From the NCBI GenBank assembly GCA_036785375.1, contig JAWMAR010000206.1, positions 4,154,001 to 4,218,000 of the forward strand: a stretch of DNA of 64,000 bases, in the 5' to 3' direction. The DNA is from Leucoraja ocellata. Taxonomy: Eukaryota. Positions 38,151 through 51,146 of the stretch are shown here, one piece after another. Below the pieces are notes generated by a model, which saw only the letters and a list, made by a program, of their open reading frames with translations, was not told the DNA's origin and did not search any database. The translations under genes and the position numbers were made by a program. How positions within the stretch are numbered: position 1 is the first letter of the stretch; each line of letters begins with the position of its first letter.

Positions 38151-39519
38151 ACTGATTTGTTTTCTTGATCACTGCATCAATGTTGAATTACGTTTGACTT
38201 TCTTAAGAAATAACATTAGCTGGAGTATTGAGCTGCTATGTGCAAAATTGGCATTTAAACACAAATGCATGCTGAGTGATATTGTAATATTTCTATTGTG
38301 TATTCCCTTGATATATGTTAAATTAAAATTGTACTGAAGTGTTGCGACATTTTGATTGCCGCTGACCAGGGTAATATTACTTATAACCGTTTCAAATTAT
38401 TTTTGTTAAGAAAACCAGCACAAATCAATGCAATAACCAACTGGCTTCTGGACTGTTTAAATGAATTAGCAGTCTTACAATAACTCAATTGACACAGACA
38501 CTCAACTCTGTGACACAGAAACACAGTAAGTACAATAGCTGGAGATGCTGGGGCGGTCTCCATGTAAGAAATAAGCTTCTGGGATTACGTTCCTGCCTCC
38601 CATCTCCCCCACCATCCTCTTAGCCAATAAAGAGTCCTTGGAAGGTAAGAACAAGGAGCCCAGGACAAGGTTGCTTTATAAAAGGAACACAAGGGAATGT
38701 TGCGTACTCAGTTTCATAGAGACGAGGCCTATCCCCAGCTCTCCAGACACCACGCCTCCCCAAAGATTTCTCCATCTATGCTCTGTAACTTGTGAACGTA
38801 TGAACGTATGTCGGAGGAACTCAATATGGAAATGGACATGATGTCGAGACAAACTAATCTCATCTGCCTGTATCTATCCATTCCCAGCATATCCATGCCA
38901 AGGTTACACTACATAATTTGGCTTGCATATTATGGACTGGTTTACATCATACAACTGATAATTGAGTGTATGTTTATTTGTTGTTGCATATAATGTGCAT
39001 GTAAAGGATAATGTGCATGGATAGGATAGGTTTAGATGGATATGGGCCAAACGCAGGCAGGTGGGCCTAGTGTAGATGGGGCATGGGTGGGGAGGTTGGG
39101 CCAAAGGGCCTGCTTCTACGCTGTATGACTCTATGACTAAAGCTTCAGCAAGTAAGAATTTCATTTTTCAGTCCTAATTTTCAATTTGCAAATTAAACAC
39201 CCTTGACTCTTCAGGTTCTCCTCAAGTGTAATAGCTTGCTTACCATTGTGACATCTTGGGTGATTTACCCACAAGCACACTTATCCCCGAAATGTTGAAA
39301 TCACAGTGGAGCCTTGTTTGCGTACTTGGAACAAACCAGTTTAGTGTGATGCACATGCTGAAGTCAGTTTGAAGGTCTGAGTGCGTTAGTAATGCTCGGA
39401 AAAGGGCACCAATGACCCAGTTGAAGGCTAAGCCTTGAGGTAGCAGAAGTGTTGAAGAGCTTTCATCTATGTTCAGCTAAGGCAAGGGAAGAACATTTTA
39501 ATATTAAAAGCAGCTGAGC

Positions 39520-39930
39520 TTGTATACTCTGGATTTTAGGATGAGAGGGCGTCCTATTGAAACATATGATTATTAAGGGATTGGACATGCTAGAGGCAGG
39601 AAACATGTTCCCGATGTTGGGGGCGTTCAGAACCATGGGCCACAGTTTAAGAATAAGGGGTAGGTCATTTATAATGGAGATGAGAAAAAAGTTTTTTACC
39701 CAGAGAGTTGTGAATCTGTGGACTTCTCTGCCTCAGAAGGGAGGCCAATTCTCTGGGTGCTTTCATGAGAGAGTTAGATAGAACTCTTAAAGATAACAGA
39801 GTCAGGGAATGGGGTACTGAATGTGAACGATCAGCCATGATCACAGTGAATGGCAGTGCTGACTCTAAGGGCCAAATGGCCGAATCCTGCACCCATTGTT
39901 TATTATCTATTATTATTATTATTATTATCT
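39520..39930 (+). mobile_element. CR1 3' fragment
   Basis: GHSLRIRGR..FFTQRVVNLW.SLPQ. Confidence 0.85.
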
Positions 39931-39974
39931 ATTATGACAAGGTGCATTTTAGTATTGCAGTTATGGCAAGGGAG

Positions 39975-41785
39975 CAGAAAAGACATGAGGATGTTGCCAG
40001 GACTCGAGGGCCTGAGCTATAAGGAGGGATTGAGCAGGCTAGGACTTTATTCCTTGGAGTGCAGGAAGATGAGGGGTGATCTCATAGAATGTACAAGATA
40101 ATGAGAGGAATAGATCTGGTAAACGCAGTGATTTACCCAGAGTAGGGGAATTACGCACAAGCTCCCAAATATATTCCTTGCAAATCTACGTTCTCTCAAC
40201 AACAAAGTGGACGAACTGCAACTCATGTGCCAAACAAACAAGGACTTCTCTCGAGCCGCTGCCCTGTACTTCACCAAGACCTGGCCGTGTGAGTCGACCC
40301 CGGACAATGCGCTGCAACTGGCTGGCTTTCAACTACATAGAACTACATAGAAGCAGAGGCAGCGGGAAAATCAAAAGGCGGTGGAATATGCTTCTATACT
40401 AACCAGGACTGGTGCAGCAACATCACGATACTGTCCAACTTCTGTTCTCCTAATCTAGAATCCTTCTTTATAAACTGCAAAGCCTTTTATTCTCCGAAGG
40501 AATTTACCTCTTTTATTCTCGTTGGAGTTTACATCCCCCCCCCCAAGCTTGCGTACGTGAGGCGCAAACGCAACTCGCTGACCAAGACCAAGTAATGAGG
40601 GTAGAGAGTGACTTCCTGGACTCCATGGTCATTGTTTTGTGGTACAGCTGTTGTCCTGGTGCCTTCGTAACAACCTGGAGCTCAATGTTCTTAAGGCAGT
40701 GGAATTGATCGTAGACCTTAGGAGAGCTCCCCCTCCCATCCCCCCACTCACCATCAACCACACCACAGTCACATCTGTGGAGTCTTTTAAGTTCCTGGGA
40801 ACCATCATCTCCAAGGACCTGAAATGGGGGCCATCATCGACACCACAGTCAAAAAGGCCCAACAGAGGATGTACTTCCTGCGGCAGCTGAGGAAACACAA
40901 TCTGCCATAGGCAATGATGGTCCAATTCTATACTGCCATCGTAGAGTCTGTCCTCACCTTCTCCATCATGGTCTGGATTGGCTCAGCCATCAAGTACAAC
41001 ACCTGGAGGCTGCAGTGAATCGTCCAATCAGCTGAGAAGATTGTTGGCTGCAACCTTCCCCCTAGTGATGAACTGTGCACCGCAAGGGCCAGGAAGCAAG
41101 CGGGTAAGATAATCTCTGACCCATCTCACCCTAGCCACAAACTCTTTGAAGCACTTCCACTTCTGGAAGGCGACTCCGGACTGTCAAAGCCGCCACAGCC
41201 AGACAAAAAAACAGCTTTTTTCCAGGAGTAGCAGCTTTACTCAATAACCAAAAGTCTGAAGCCCCATTTTGCTCTGGTATTTTATTTCATTCACATGTTT
41301 AAATTGTAATGTTTTATTGTTAATGTTTAATATTTTATGTGTCATTCTTAATTGTTACTGTATGTTGTATTATTACTTGTGATCAGAGAACCAAGGAAAA
41401 TTCCTTGTTTGTGTACATACTTGGCCAATAAACATTCATTCATTCAATCATTCATTCATTCATTCATTCATGCATTCATTCAAGAGCCAAAGGACATAGG
41501 CTTAAGGTGAGGGGGGAGTGGGGGGGAAGATTTAATAGGAACCCGAGGGGCAATTATTTTTTACCCAAAGGGTGGTAGGTATATGGAACAAGCTGCCAGC
41601 GGAGGTAGTTGAGGCTGGTACTATCACAACATTTAAAAAACATTGAGACAGGTACATGGATAGGATAAATTTAGAGGGATATGGGCCAAATGCAGGCCGG
41701 TGGGATTATGTGGATGGGGCATGTTGGTCGGTGTGGGCAAGTTGGAGCAAAGGGCCTGTTTCCACGCTGTATGACTCCATGACTC
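39975..41785 (+). mobile_element. CR1 3' fragment interrupted by an internally deleted Rex1-like LINE (~40150-41480)
   Basis: Rex EN remnant (KPFYSPKEF) is joined directly to the post-RT region (NNLELNVLK..ELIVD..VESFKFLG) with a (catt)n tail; CR1 resumes at ~41482. Confidence 0.8.
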
Positions 41786-42616
41786 GATATGCAGTTTTTG
41801 AGATAGATACTCCTCTGTCATGTGTTGCTTCATCCATCTTCCATGAAGATGTGTGCTACATAAACTGGATGTAACATTTTCACGGGTGAAACTGAATTAG
41901 ATAGCTTCTGTTCAATTTAGAACATTCTGGCATATCCACAAGCACACTTATCTCTGAAGCATTGAAATCATGATAATTAGCTCATTACAGTTTATTGTGG
42001 AGCCTTGTTTGCTTAGATTACTTGGAACAGACTTTTTCAAAGCGATGAGCTCACATACGACAGCAGTTGCAAAGTATCACTTTGTGCCCTCATTACTTCC
42101 TAAATTGTGCCTGCCATTTCGGTGCTTGCAGAATTGATTTCATGCTTCCACCAGCTTAACAAAACAATCTATATCTTCTCAGCTTATTTTGTCCTTCTCT
42201 GGTCACAGTCATGTTTTGGAGCTCCTAAATATCAGTATTTTCAGAAGCTGCTCATATCTCTTACCGGGCAGCTCCCATTAAAATTAAAGCATCTTTTTGA
42301 GAGATACTTTGTAATTCCTACAAAGAACAATTGCTGCTTGCTGGCAGGCAGCACCAGCATATCATACATCAATCCTGGAGTTATATCTTCTCAAAAGATC
42401 ACCAAGATCCTCAACTTCATTTATAATTTAATATTAAACCACTTATAGGTGAACCATGTTATTTACCCTGGTGGAGCTACAGGCCAATATTTTTTGTTCA
42501 CTATCTGGCATATATTACCATGGACTGCTCAGTTTCTTCCATTGACATAATGTGTCATTTCAGCTATTATGTGACATATCAGTTTTCAATATGTATGAGA
42601 AAAAGTAGAGACACAA

Positions 42617-42850
42617 GAGACACAAAATGCTGGAGTAACTCAGTGGGACAGGCAGCATCTCTGGAGAGAAGGAATGGCTGATGTTTTGGGTCGAGACCCT
42701 TCTCAGACTGAAGAAGGGTCTCGACCTGAAACGTCATCCATTCCTTCTCTCCAGACTGTTCTGCTGAGTTACTCCAGCAGTTTGTGTCCACCTTAGATTT
42801 AAACCAGACACAAGAGACTGCAGATGTTGGAATTTGGTATAAAAAGCAAG
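42617..42850. repeat. Divergently oriented Penelope terminal repeats forming a ~175-bp imperfect palindrome
   Basis: gacacaaaatgctggagtaactcag...cccttctcag|actgaagaagggtc...ctgagttactccagcagtttgtgtc. Confidence 0.85.
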
Positions 42851-43399
42851 CTGGTGAATCTGTGGAATTCATTGCCACAGGCTGTGGAGGATAAGTCAAT
42901 GGATATTTTTAAGGCAGAGGTTAACAGTGTCTTGATTAGAACCGGTGACATGAGTTATGGGGAGAAGGCTGGAATATGGGGTTGAGAGGGCAAGATAGAT
43001 CAGCCATGATTTAATGTTGGGGTAGATTTGGGCCAAATGGCCTAATTCTACTCCAATAACATATGAACATGTTGGAGGAATTCAGTGGAAACTGGACAGT
43101 TGCCATTTCAGGTTGAGACCTTTCTTCGGAATAAATAGGTTTCTTTCTAAAATTACTGATGTTTCTGCTGATTCCAAGTTTAAATAATGATTAATTGTAA
43201 TAACGCCTTTGCACATATTGTACCAGGAACCTAGGCATAGGAGCAGTAGCAGGAGAGGGTAATAAATTTGCTCAGGACTTAGATTCACCATTCATTTGTC
43301 ACAGATGATCATATGTGTCAATTCAATTTCTTCCCCCTCCCCAAACCACATGATTGTCTTCATTTTTAGTAGTCTATCAAGTCTCAAGATTATCTCAAG

Positions 43400-44460
43400 A
43401 AAAGAGATATGCATGGAGTTAATAGATTTAGTAGTGATTGGAACACGAGTTGGAATAGAGCAACAGTAGACGGGAGGCCGGTAATTATTAGGAATGTACA
43501 GCGTTTGGTGCTGGGTGCTCTGTTGTTCATTCTTCACATTAACGATTTGGATGTTAATTTGCTTTAGTTTTGTTTAGAGATACAGCGCCGAAACAGGCCC
43601 TTTAGCCCACCAGTTCCGCCCTGACCAGTGATTCCCGTACACTAGTACTATTCTACACACTAGGAACAATTTACAATCTTCACCAAAGCCAATTAACTTA
43701 CAAACCTGTACGTCATTGGAATGTGGGAGGAAATCGGAGCACTCGGCAAAATACCCATGCGGTCACAGGGAGAACGTACAAATTCCATACAGCAGCACCC
43801 GTAGTTAGGATTGAACCCGGATCTCTGGTGCTGTAAGGCAGCAGCTCTACTGCTGCACTACCATGTCACCCTTAATGTAGGTGGCATGGTTCGTAAGTTT
43901 GTAGATTACACTAAAGTTTGTGGTATATGGACAGTGAAGATGCATACAATGGGGTCTTGATTTCTTTATTTATTTATTTAATTCTTTATTTCGAACAGAA
44001 TAAAAGAATAAAAAGCAAGTGTGAAACAGCATACAAAAAACAAAACAATAATATTTATAAAGTGTCATAAACAATATCTATAAATAAATGAAATCGTATG
44101 TGTCCGACAAGGAGCAGGAAAAAGCCAAAGCTTATTAATTCCCACCCCTTATTCAACTGCTTATACAAATTTAGCAGCTATATGTACACCATATGTACAC
44201 CATATGTACACCAGCAGCTATATGTACACCAAATTGTTTACATTTATACATTGATCAACTGGGACAATGGGCTGAATGTTGCAGAACATAGAGACCTTGC
44301 GATGAAGACATATATTTCCATTAAGTGTTGACACAGGTGGAAAAGGTGGTATATAATGTATTTGATATGCTTGCTTTCATTGGTCAGGGCACCGAGTACA
44401 GATGTTGGGATGTCATGTTACAGCTGTACAAGAAATAGATAAGGTACATTTGGAGTACTA
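43400..44460 (+). mobile_element. Old CR1 RT fragment interrupted by a SINE (-, ~43560-43872) and a LINE tail (-, ~43960-44250)
   Basis: gatgtt..|..taatgtaggtggcatggttcgtaagtttgtagattacac (GMVRKFVDYTK). Confidence 0.7.
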
Positions 44461-44664
44461 TGAACCTCCACCAGGTTAAAATTGGCACAAAATCTGTGAC
44501 CATTCATTTCAGTGGCAAGAATCCAGTGTGAGCATGAGAGGTAAATTGTAGCTGAATTCTAATTTTAAAATAATTTTGTTTACTCTTTTAAATATATATG
44601 ATTTTCTTTTTACAGAGTTTTCTAATGCTTTTACATTCTCTAATTTTCAATTAGGTCATCTTAC

Positions 44665-45930
44665 TTTGGAGAGATGGAAATACAAAAAGCTGCAGATGCT
44701 GGAATCTTGAACATAGACCAGAGCGTTGGAGGTTCTCAGCAGGTAAAGAAAATATTTGTGTAGCTTTCGAGTGCTAGCCATTTTAACAACCCTTCCCAGT
44801 CCCATCCCAGCCTTTTTGTACTTGGCCTCCTCCACTACCAAAGTGAGGTGACATTCAAAATGTAAAACAGCTCCTTATATTCTGCATGGGTAGCCTATAA
44901 GCCACTGATATGCCACTTCTCCCACCACCGCCATTAATCTGTTCCTCTCCCGTCCTTCTAATGCTCATCTCCCACCCATCCTACTCACCCCAATTTTCCT
45001 TTCAGTTCCTCTCTCCCCTCCCCCCCCCCCATTTTTATTTCCCCTTATCCCCTGCCACCCACATCCTTCCGTCTGGTTTATTATTTAATCGCTCTTTTTT
45101 TGTCTGACACTCTTTTATCTCCTTTTCCCCTCAAGCCCTTGTTCTCCACCCAATCATCACTCCCTCATCCATATCCACCTAACACTTGCCAGTCTTTGCC
45201 CCTCTCGTTCCTCTGGAGAAGAGCCCAGTCCCGAAACATCGTCTGTTCATTTTCCTCCATTGATACTGCCCGACCCGCTGAGTTCCTCCATTTCCTTTTA
45301 CTTTGGGAGGTGCTTGGTATGGCCACTGCTCTGTTTTCAACCAGCTGAACCTGCAGATAGTGGTGAACACAACCCAGACCAACACAGACTGACCACTCCA
45401 TTCCATCCAGTCACGGTGCGTTGCCATCCTGGCTATTCCCTTTTTCCTCTTCTACATTCTGGGAGAAGGTACAGCAGCTTGGAAGCCTAGACCTCCAGAC
45501 TTGAGAGCTGTGCAGGAAGGAACTGCAGTTGATGGTTTACACTAAAGATAGTAAATGCTGAAGTAACTCAGCAGGTCAGGCAGCATCCCTGGAGAAAAGG
45601 AATAGGTGAGGTTTCAGGTCGGAACATTTCTTCAGACTGAAAGCTAGAGAAGGCCACAACAAATCAGGGCTGCAACGGATGTCCTCAGGACGGGTGGAGT
45701 CGACAATGGCTCATAGTTGGCTGGTGAAGACCTTCTAATGACAGGGATACAAGCATGCGAACAATGGAACTAGTAGAACAAATGAATAAGGTGTGGACTC
45801 AGTCTGAAGAAGGGTTTCGATCCATCTCCTGTTCTTTTTCCCAGAGATGCTGCCTGACCTGCTGAGTTACTCGAGCATTTTGTGTCTATCTTCAATATAA
45901 ACCAGCATCTGCAGTTCCTTCCTACACATT
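44665..45930. mobile_element. Penelope fragments with inverted terminal repeats and a Rex-like piece
   Basis: GIY-YIG C-terminal remnant at ~44770-44910; pLTR copies at ~45210-45300 (+), ~45510-45640 (-) and ~45800-45928 (+). Confidence 0.75.
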
Positions 45931-47420
45931 GATACCGCTGGGTTGCAAACATCAATCTGCTGTTTTGTATTTGTCATTGGATTTATTGCTGTACATTGCC
46001 ATGTGTACTGTTTACTCTTTAGGATTCATGCAAATAAGGAAACGTACTGTACCCTGTTGTATATGATAATAAGCTAATCAAAATCTGCAGCTGACTTGCT
46101 CAAAGAAAGTAAGTGGGTGACTGATGATCTGCAATACCATAACCTCAAGCCAATATGATTGATGAACTGTGTGAAAAAACAGGGTGATATGAAATAGAAG
46201 GAAATAACAATTCTAACAGAGCTTTTTTAGGGTAGGCCTAACAAGATAATTACTGGGAAATCAGCTGATGTTATATACCCCAAACTTTCAAAATACATTT
46301 GATAAGAAAGAAATCACAATAAAAAATGTTGCAGAAAGTTTCACGAAGACTGGGGTAACAGTTTGCAGATATTTGGGATACGGTCAGACCCCTCAGCTAT
46401 ATATAATTTATATTAATGACAACTGTAAAACGGTGAATGTTGAGGATGACACAAAGAGTTTGCAACTAAATAATAATATTCATAAATAAAACTTACGTTG
46501 ATGGTATATGATTTTCTTTTATTCCATCCACAGCGATAATCGATGTGAAATATTTAATACCAGTTCTCTTTGATTTATCGTTCTTTACATCTGAGAGGGA
46601 AACATATAATTAACGACATTGAATGTTACATATAGAAATAGAACAACAAATTACTTGTCATGTGCAAAGGAGATTTTATTCTTATAATTAGTTATAAAAT
46701 TACCTTTGTGTCATATGCCAGGTAACAGGTAATATAAATTAGACAATTCTGTTCCAGTGATGGAACAATCTTGCACGTCCCCATGCCACACAGAAATTTA
46801 ATTTTTGGAATATGGGATATGCCTGCTGAACATAATTAGGAGTTCCATCATCTTGCCTGAAGGTGATTTATCGTTTTGGTCGTGTGACAGATGGTGGAGA
46901 GCAAGCAGATGCGTAATCCCCAGAGGTTGTGTACGAAAGAAACAAAAAGTTTATTGACCTTGTTTATGCCTGTATTCATTAAATGACACACATTTTAAAG
47001 CAAAAATATCTGTATATAATTATGAGTAATTGTATATAGACAGCTCCTGGTTTATGAATGACCAGGCTTTACCGTAATTCTCCCATACATTTTTAAAGTA
47101 TTTTTCAAAATAGAAATAACAATAAAATGTTTCATTGTATTCATTAATGACAGGATATAGTATAGTATCCATTATCTTATTTATGGGTAGTGCTTAATAA
47201 TTCACAGTGACTAGTTAACCTATCAACCAACATGTCTTTGGAATATGGGAGTAAAAAGGAGCGCTTGGGGAAAACAAGGTACTCATTGTAAGAACATGCA
47301 AACTTTACAAATATAGCACATAAGCATAACACCTGGCAAAATAAAGCTGTATGGACAAGCACTTTCTGCTGTACCTCTGTGCTGCCCTTAACGTTGTGAT
47401 CTATCTGCTTTTTGCATCAA

Positions 47421-47609
47421 GTGTGGCACAGTGGCACAGCAGAGGAGTTGCTGCCTTACAGCACCAGAAGCTTGTGTTCAATCCTGATTACGGATGCTGC
47501 CTATATGAAGTTTGTATATTCTTTCCGTGACCGCGTGAGTTTTCTCCAGGTACTCCGGTATCCTCCCACACTCCAAAGACGTACAGGTTCGTAGGTTAAT
47601 TGACTGCGA
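47421..47609 (+). mobile_element. SINE 5' half (3' half at 55975-56090)
   Basis: Ends gtaggttaattgactgcga(taaaat) and resumes tgtaaattgtcc at 55975. Confidence 0.9.
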
Positions 47610-48850
47610 TAAAATAGAAAGATTAAACGAGAAATTACGTGAAGAACCCACCAGAACCCACCAGCACGTCAATCTTCAAAGCAACTGTATGAAACCACAG
47701 ACCACTTGCACCAAATTAAACTATAGAAAGATTAATAACCCTCGACTAACCTGATGATCTTTATGAGATTCAGGGTTGCGAGTGGAGGGAATGTAGTCTC
47801 TCACTCTAACTTCTCATAAAATAAAGATCAAACTTCAAATAGTAAGTTCTCATTTAATCTTTCTATTTTATTTCGAAGTCTCGTGACGAGACTACGTGAA
47901 AGCCTTCAAAGCTCTGTGGTTTCAAGCAGTAAACCAATCTATATATGAACACACTACACAGATAAACCATAAATGGTAGAAAAGACATGGGCCATTAACA
48001 ACATGATGCTAACTTTACTTTCTTGTACATCGCCCTTAATTGGACCACAGTCCAAATTGCCTTTGAGTTAGACTACAGCTCATGTAGCACTGTCCAGAAT
48101 TCTATCTGCAAATGTCCAGACATGTTGAACGATATTTTATAACTTCCGAAAGTGCGTTCATCTGAGCCTCCTGCTGTTGGAAGAATGTGATCAAAGGGGA
48201 ATATCCATTCTATTGGCTGCTGATGAGCCAGCAGCCCTGGTAGAATGAGACTTGAAATTATTTGTATTCACTCCCGCTTTCAGCTGCTTACACTCTATCC
48301 ATCTTGAAAGAGTCTGCACCAGCAATCTCTTGTGAAACTATTATATAACTATGAAGAAACCTTTCCTTCATCTCATAGGTTCTTAGTAACCTCAATGTAC
48401 CTTTTCACATAATGAACACCCACAATCTCCAATCTGGTGGGTATGCTGTCAACTCCAACTTGTACCCAACCATGCCCGCTCTGCTTTATGAGTTCATTCA
48501 CATAAAATGCTACCCCTCTCGTCAGATATGACCGAGTGATCCAGACGGAGATTGTGTAAAGACTGTGCTCTTTGTGCTGAAATCAGTCATAAGCATGACT
48601 AACTTAAGAGTAACTGCTCCAACGTTAGGGATACAGCTGATGATAATCTGCATAAAAATGTATACTTGCTGTGTATGTAATAGAAATGGAGTTACCTGCC
48701 TCCAAGTTAAAGGGGGAGGAGTGTTAGGTATGACATATAATTAAGATATGTGATGTCCTGCGCAATGGTACGCATGCACAGGGGAGACTTGAGGTGGCGT
48801 CCTGGAATAAAGAAGCTTGTTAGTTTACTCCCATGTCTGTGTTATAAGAT

Positions 48851-50297
48851 AGGGGGCGCCATCCAGTTGGGTATGGCTGCCCAGCCTGCAGCTGTCTGTC
48901 TTTTCACTTCTTTCTTTCTTTCTTTCTTTTATTTTTAGTGTGTTAAAAAGTGTTTTGTTTGGAGGTCTATTCTTTTTTATGTGGGGTGTTACGGCTCCCG
49001 AATGCAGGTACTTCAGAGCCGCGTAACATAATTCAAAAACCAGGTTCAAGTTCAAAAATCTTTTAATTATTCAATGGAACACAAAACCCAAACCAGATTT
49101 AAACAACCCAGTCAGGGATATGGATGGACTAACAAACAATTAAACAGTGCTCCAGCCAGCCACGTATTGGACCGTCGAACCGTACACTCTAAAACCTGCC
49201 TAAAGAGATATAACCCTGAAACAAAATACACGAAAACACTAAGGTCAGCCCTTATCCATTCCAATTCAATATTTGTTAACAAGTAATGGTGAAAGTACAC
49301 AAAGTTCTATGCCATGTGGCCAGGCCTTCCTCAGCTCACACCAGCAGACGGCTCACTAGTCAGGGTCTACGAAGAAGAGAGAGAATCCTGGGAAACTCTG
49401 GTATTTAAGCTTCAGATGAGTCACCAGTCACCTGACGCAGCTTGGCCAATCGGGTACAGGAGCCTTTAACCCCTTGATTCCAGACTCACAGCCATGAGGC
49501 CTGTACTCGGGAGAGAAACAGAGAAAGGAAAGTACATAGCATTCACCGGGGGGGGGGGGGGGGGGGGAGAGAGAGGGGGAAACTGCTCTTCCTGGTCCCT
49601 ACCCAGTCGGAGAGGCGGCTTTTCTCTGGGATGCATCTTCGACCCGTTCTCGCGGCCTACCAACGGGCCTGGAGCGGCGTTTCCTGAGGGGACCGGCCAG
49701 GACCACGGCTTCGGCGGCGGCACAGTGCTGCAGAGCTATCGTGGAGCGGAACGGGCGATGCCTTGCCCAGGTCGCCGCGCTGGAGCTCCGGAATGCTGAG
49801 AACGCAGGTGAATATTGCAGAGCGGCGGGACAGTGGAGCGGTCAGTTGCGGGCGGCGGCGCTGAACTTTAACATCAGGAGTCTGGGATCTCTCGCTGAGA
49901 TCACCAATGGTGCAGCTCCATCCAGCGCGGCCTGCCGGCTTCGATAGCCGCAGTCTCCAGTAAGGAAGCGGCCGTTCCAGGTGTCCCAAGCCGCTTAGAG
50001 GGTTCTCCCAATGCCGGAGCACCATCACCCGGCAAGAGGGCCTGAAACATCAGGCCGCCGTAGCGCCGACTGCAGAGGCCTCAATAGGCCCGACTATGGG
50101 TGGAGAAGGGGATGGGGACTGGACTTTGTGCCTTCCCTCACAGTGGGAACCATTGTGGGGGGATGTTTTTATGTTTATTGTTAAATTCTTTAATGTTGTG
50201 TCTTATCTTTATTTGTGTGCTGCATGGCAAGTCAAATTTCACTACACCAATTCGTGTATGTGATAATAAATGTCCTTTGTATCCTTTGTATCCTTTG
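48851..50297 (+). mobile_element. CpG-rich non-autonomous retroposon, apparently full length, split by a solo LTR
   Basis: Head agggggcgcc..ggctgcccagcc..gtctgtctttt, body homologous to 63470-64000 (reverse), tail (tcctttgta)n. Confidence 0.75.
48987..49545 (-). mobile_element. Solo LTR
   Basis: Minus strand TG...CCGTAACA, with CCAAT, TGACTCA, TTAAATA and ATTAAA in LTR order; inserted into a polyG tract. Confidence 0.65.
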
Positions 50298-50376
50298 TTA
50301 TTTAGCGTCAGTTCCAAGCACCAAATACACAACGATGCTGATTACACATTCCACACTACTTTGTATCTAGGCTTTA

Positions 50377-51011
50377 TCAATCAATCAATCAATCAACCTT
50401 TATTGTCATCTTGCAAGCAACAAGTACAGTGCAAAATGAAAAGACGTTTCCCAGTGAATAGCGGAGCCTCGCACATGAAATTTAAAACACTTCTCACATA
50501 ATAACACTAATAAAACAATCCAGTCCCTGATGGAACAGAATAAATAGTTAAAATTCAGGTAAAAAACACAATGTTAAAATACAGTAAACCAATCATAAAA
50601 AAAATGTCCGGGGCCGCTGATTTAAGTGGCCAGTGCCAGTTATTAAAGTGTCCGTGCCAGCCGCAGAGTCAAGTCAAGTGACTGTGAGTGCAGAGTGACT
50701 GTTTAGCAGTCTCACCGCCTGTGGTAGGAAGCTGTTTAGCAGCCTCGTAGTCCGGGCTTTGATGCTTCGATATCTCTTGCCTGATGGCAAGAGATCCAGG
50801 TATGTGTGGAGGGGGTGCAGTTTGTCCTTGGCAATTCTCTGTGCTTTCTTCAGACAGCGGCTCTGGAACAGTTCTTGTACCGAGGGTAGGGAGACGCCAA
50901 TAATCCTCTCTGCTCCCCTCACTACCCTCTGCAGAGCCTTCCTGTCCGAGCAGTTGCAGGTGCAGTACCACGTATTGATGCAGTACGTGAGTACAGACTC
51001 CACCGTGCCCC
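50377..51011 (-). mobile_element. Rex1/Babar LINE 3' fragment inserted in the DIRS YR
   Basis: ESVLTYCINTWY..RKALQRVV..LPSGKRYRSIKARTTRL.NSF and (ttga)n tail. Confidence 0.9.
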
Positions 51012-51146
51012 TTTAGAGTGTTCATATAAAAGATACCTTCCATAACTTATTAAGTCACCAACGGGTGAGAGACAATCGTTTATTGTCCCACTTCTAGTAC
51101 GAGATATGATGACAAAGCACTACGAACAGTTTTAATTGCGCTATAA

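Larger units (their letters stand above)
48676..50346 (+). mobile_element. Probable short solo LTR (parts ~48676-48850 and ~50298-50346) split by a CpG-rich retroposon
   Basis: TGTAAT...ATTACA ends and AATAAA at ~48806; interrupts the DIRS YR; no clear TSD. Confidence 0.55.

Noticed and set aside
44172-44230. Short tandem repeat (atatgtacacc) resembling an array
   Set aside because: Slippage-type duplication at a LINE fragment end, with no unique spacers; not CRISPR.
49466-50028. Overlapping GC-rich ORFs / CpG-island-like promoter (also 63370-63981)
   Set aside because: Dispersed repeat copies; the open frames reflect GC content and are not conserved between copies.
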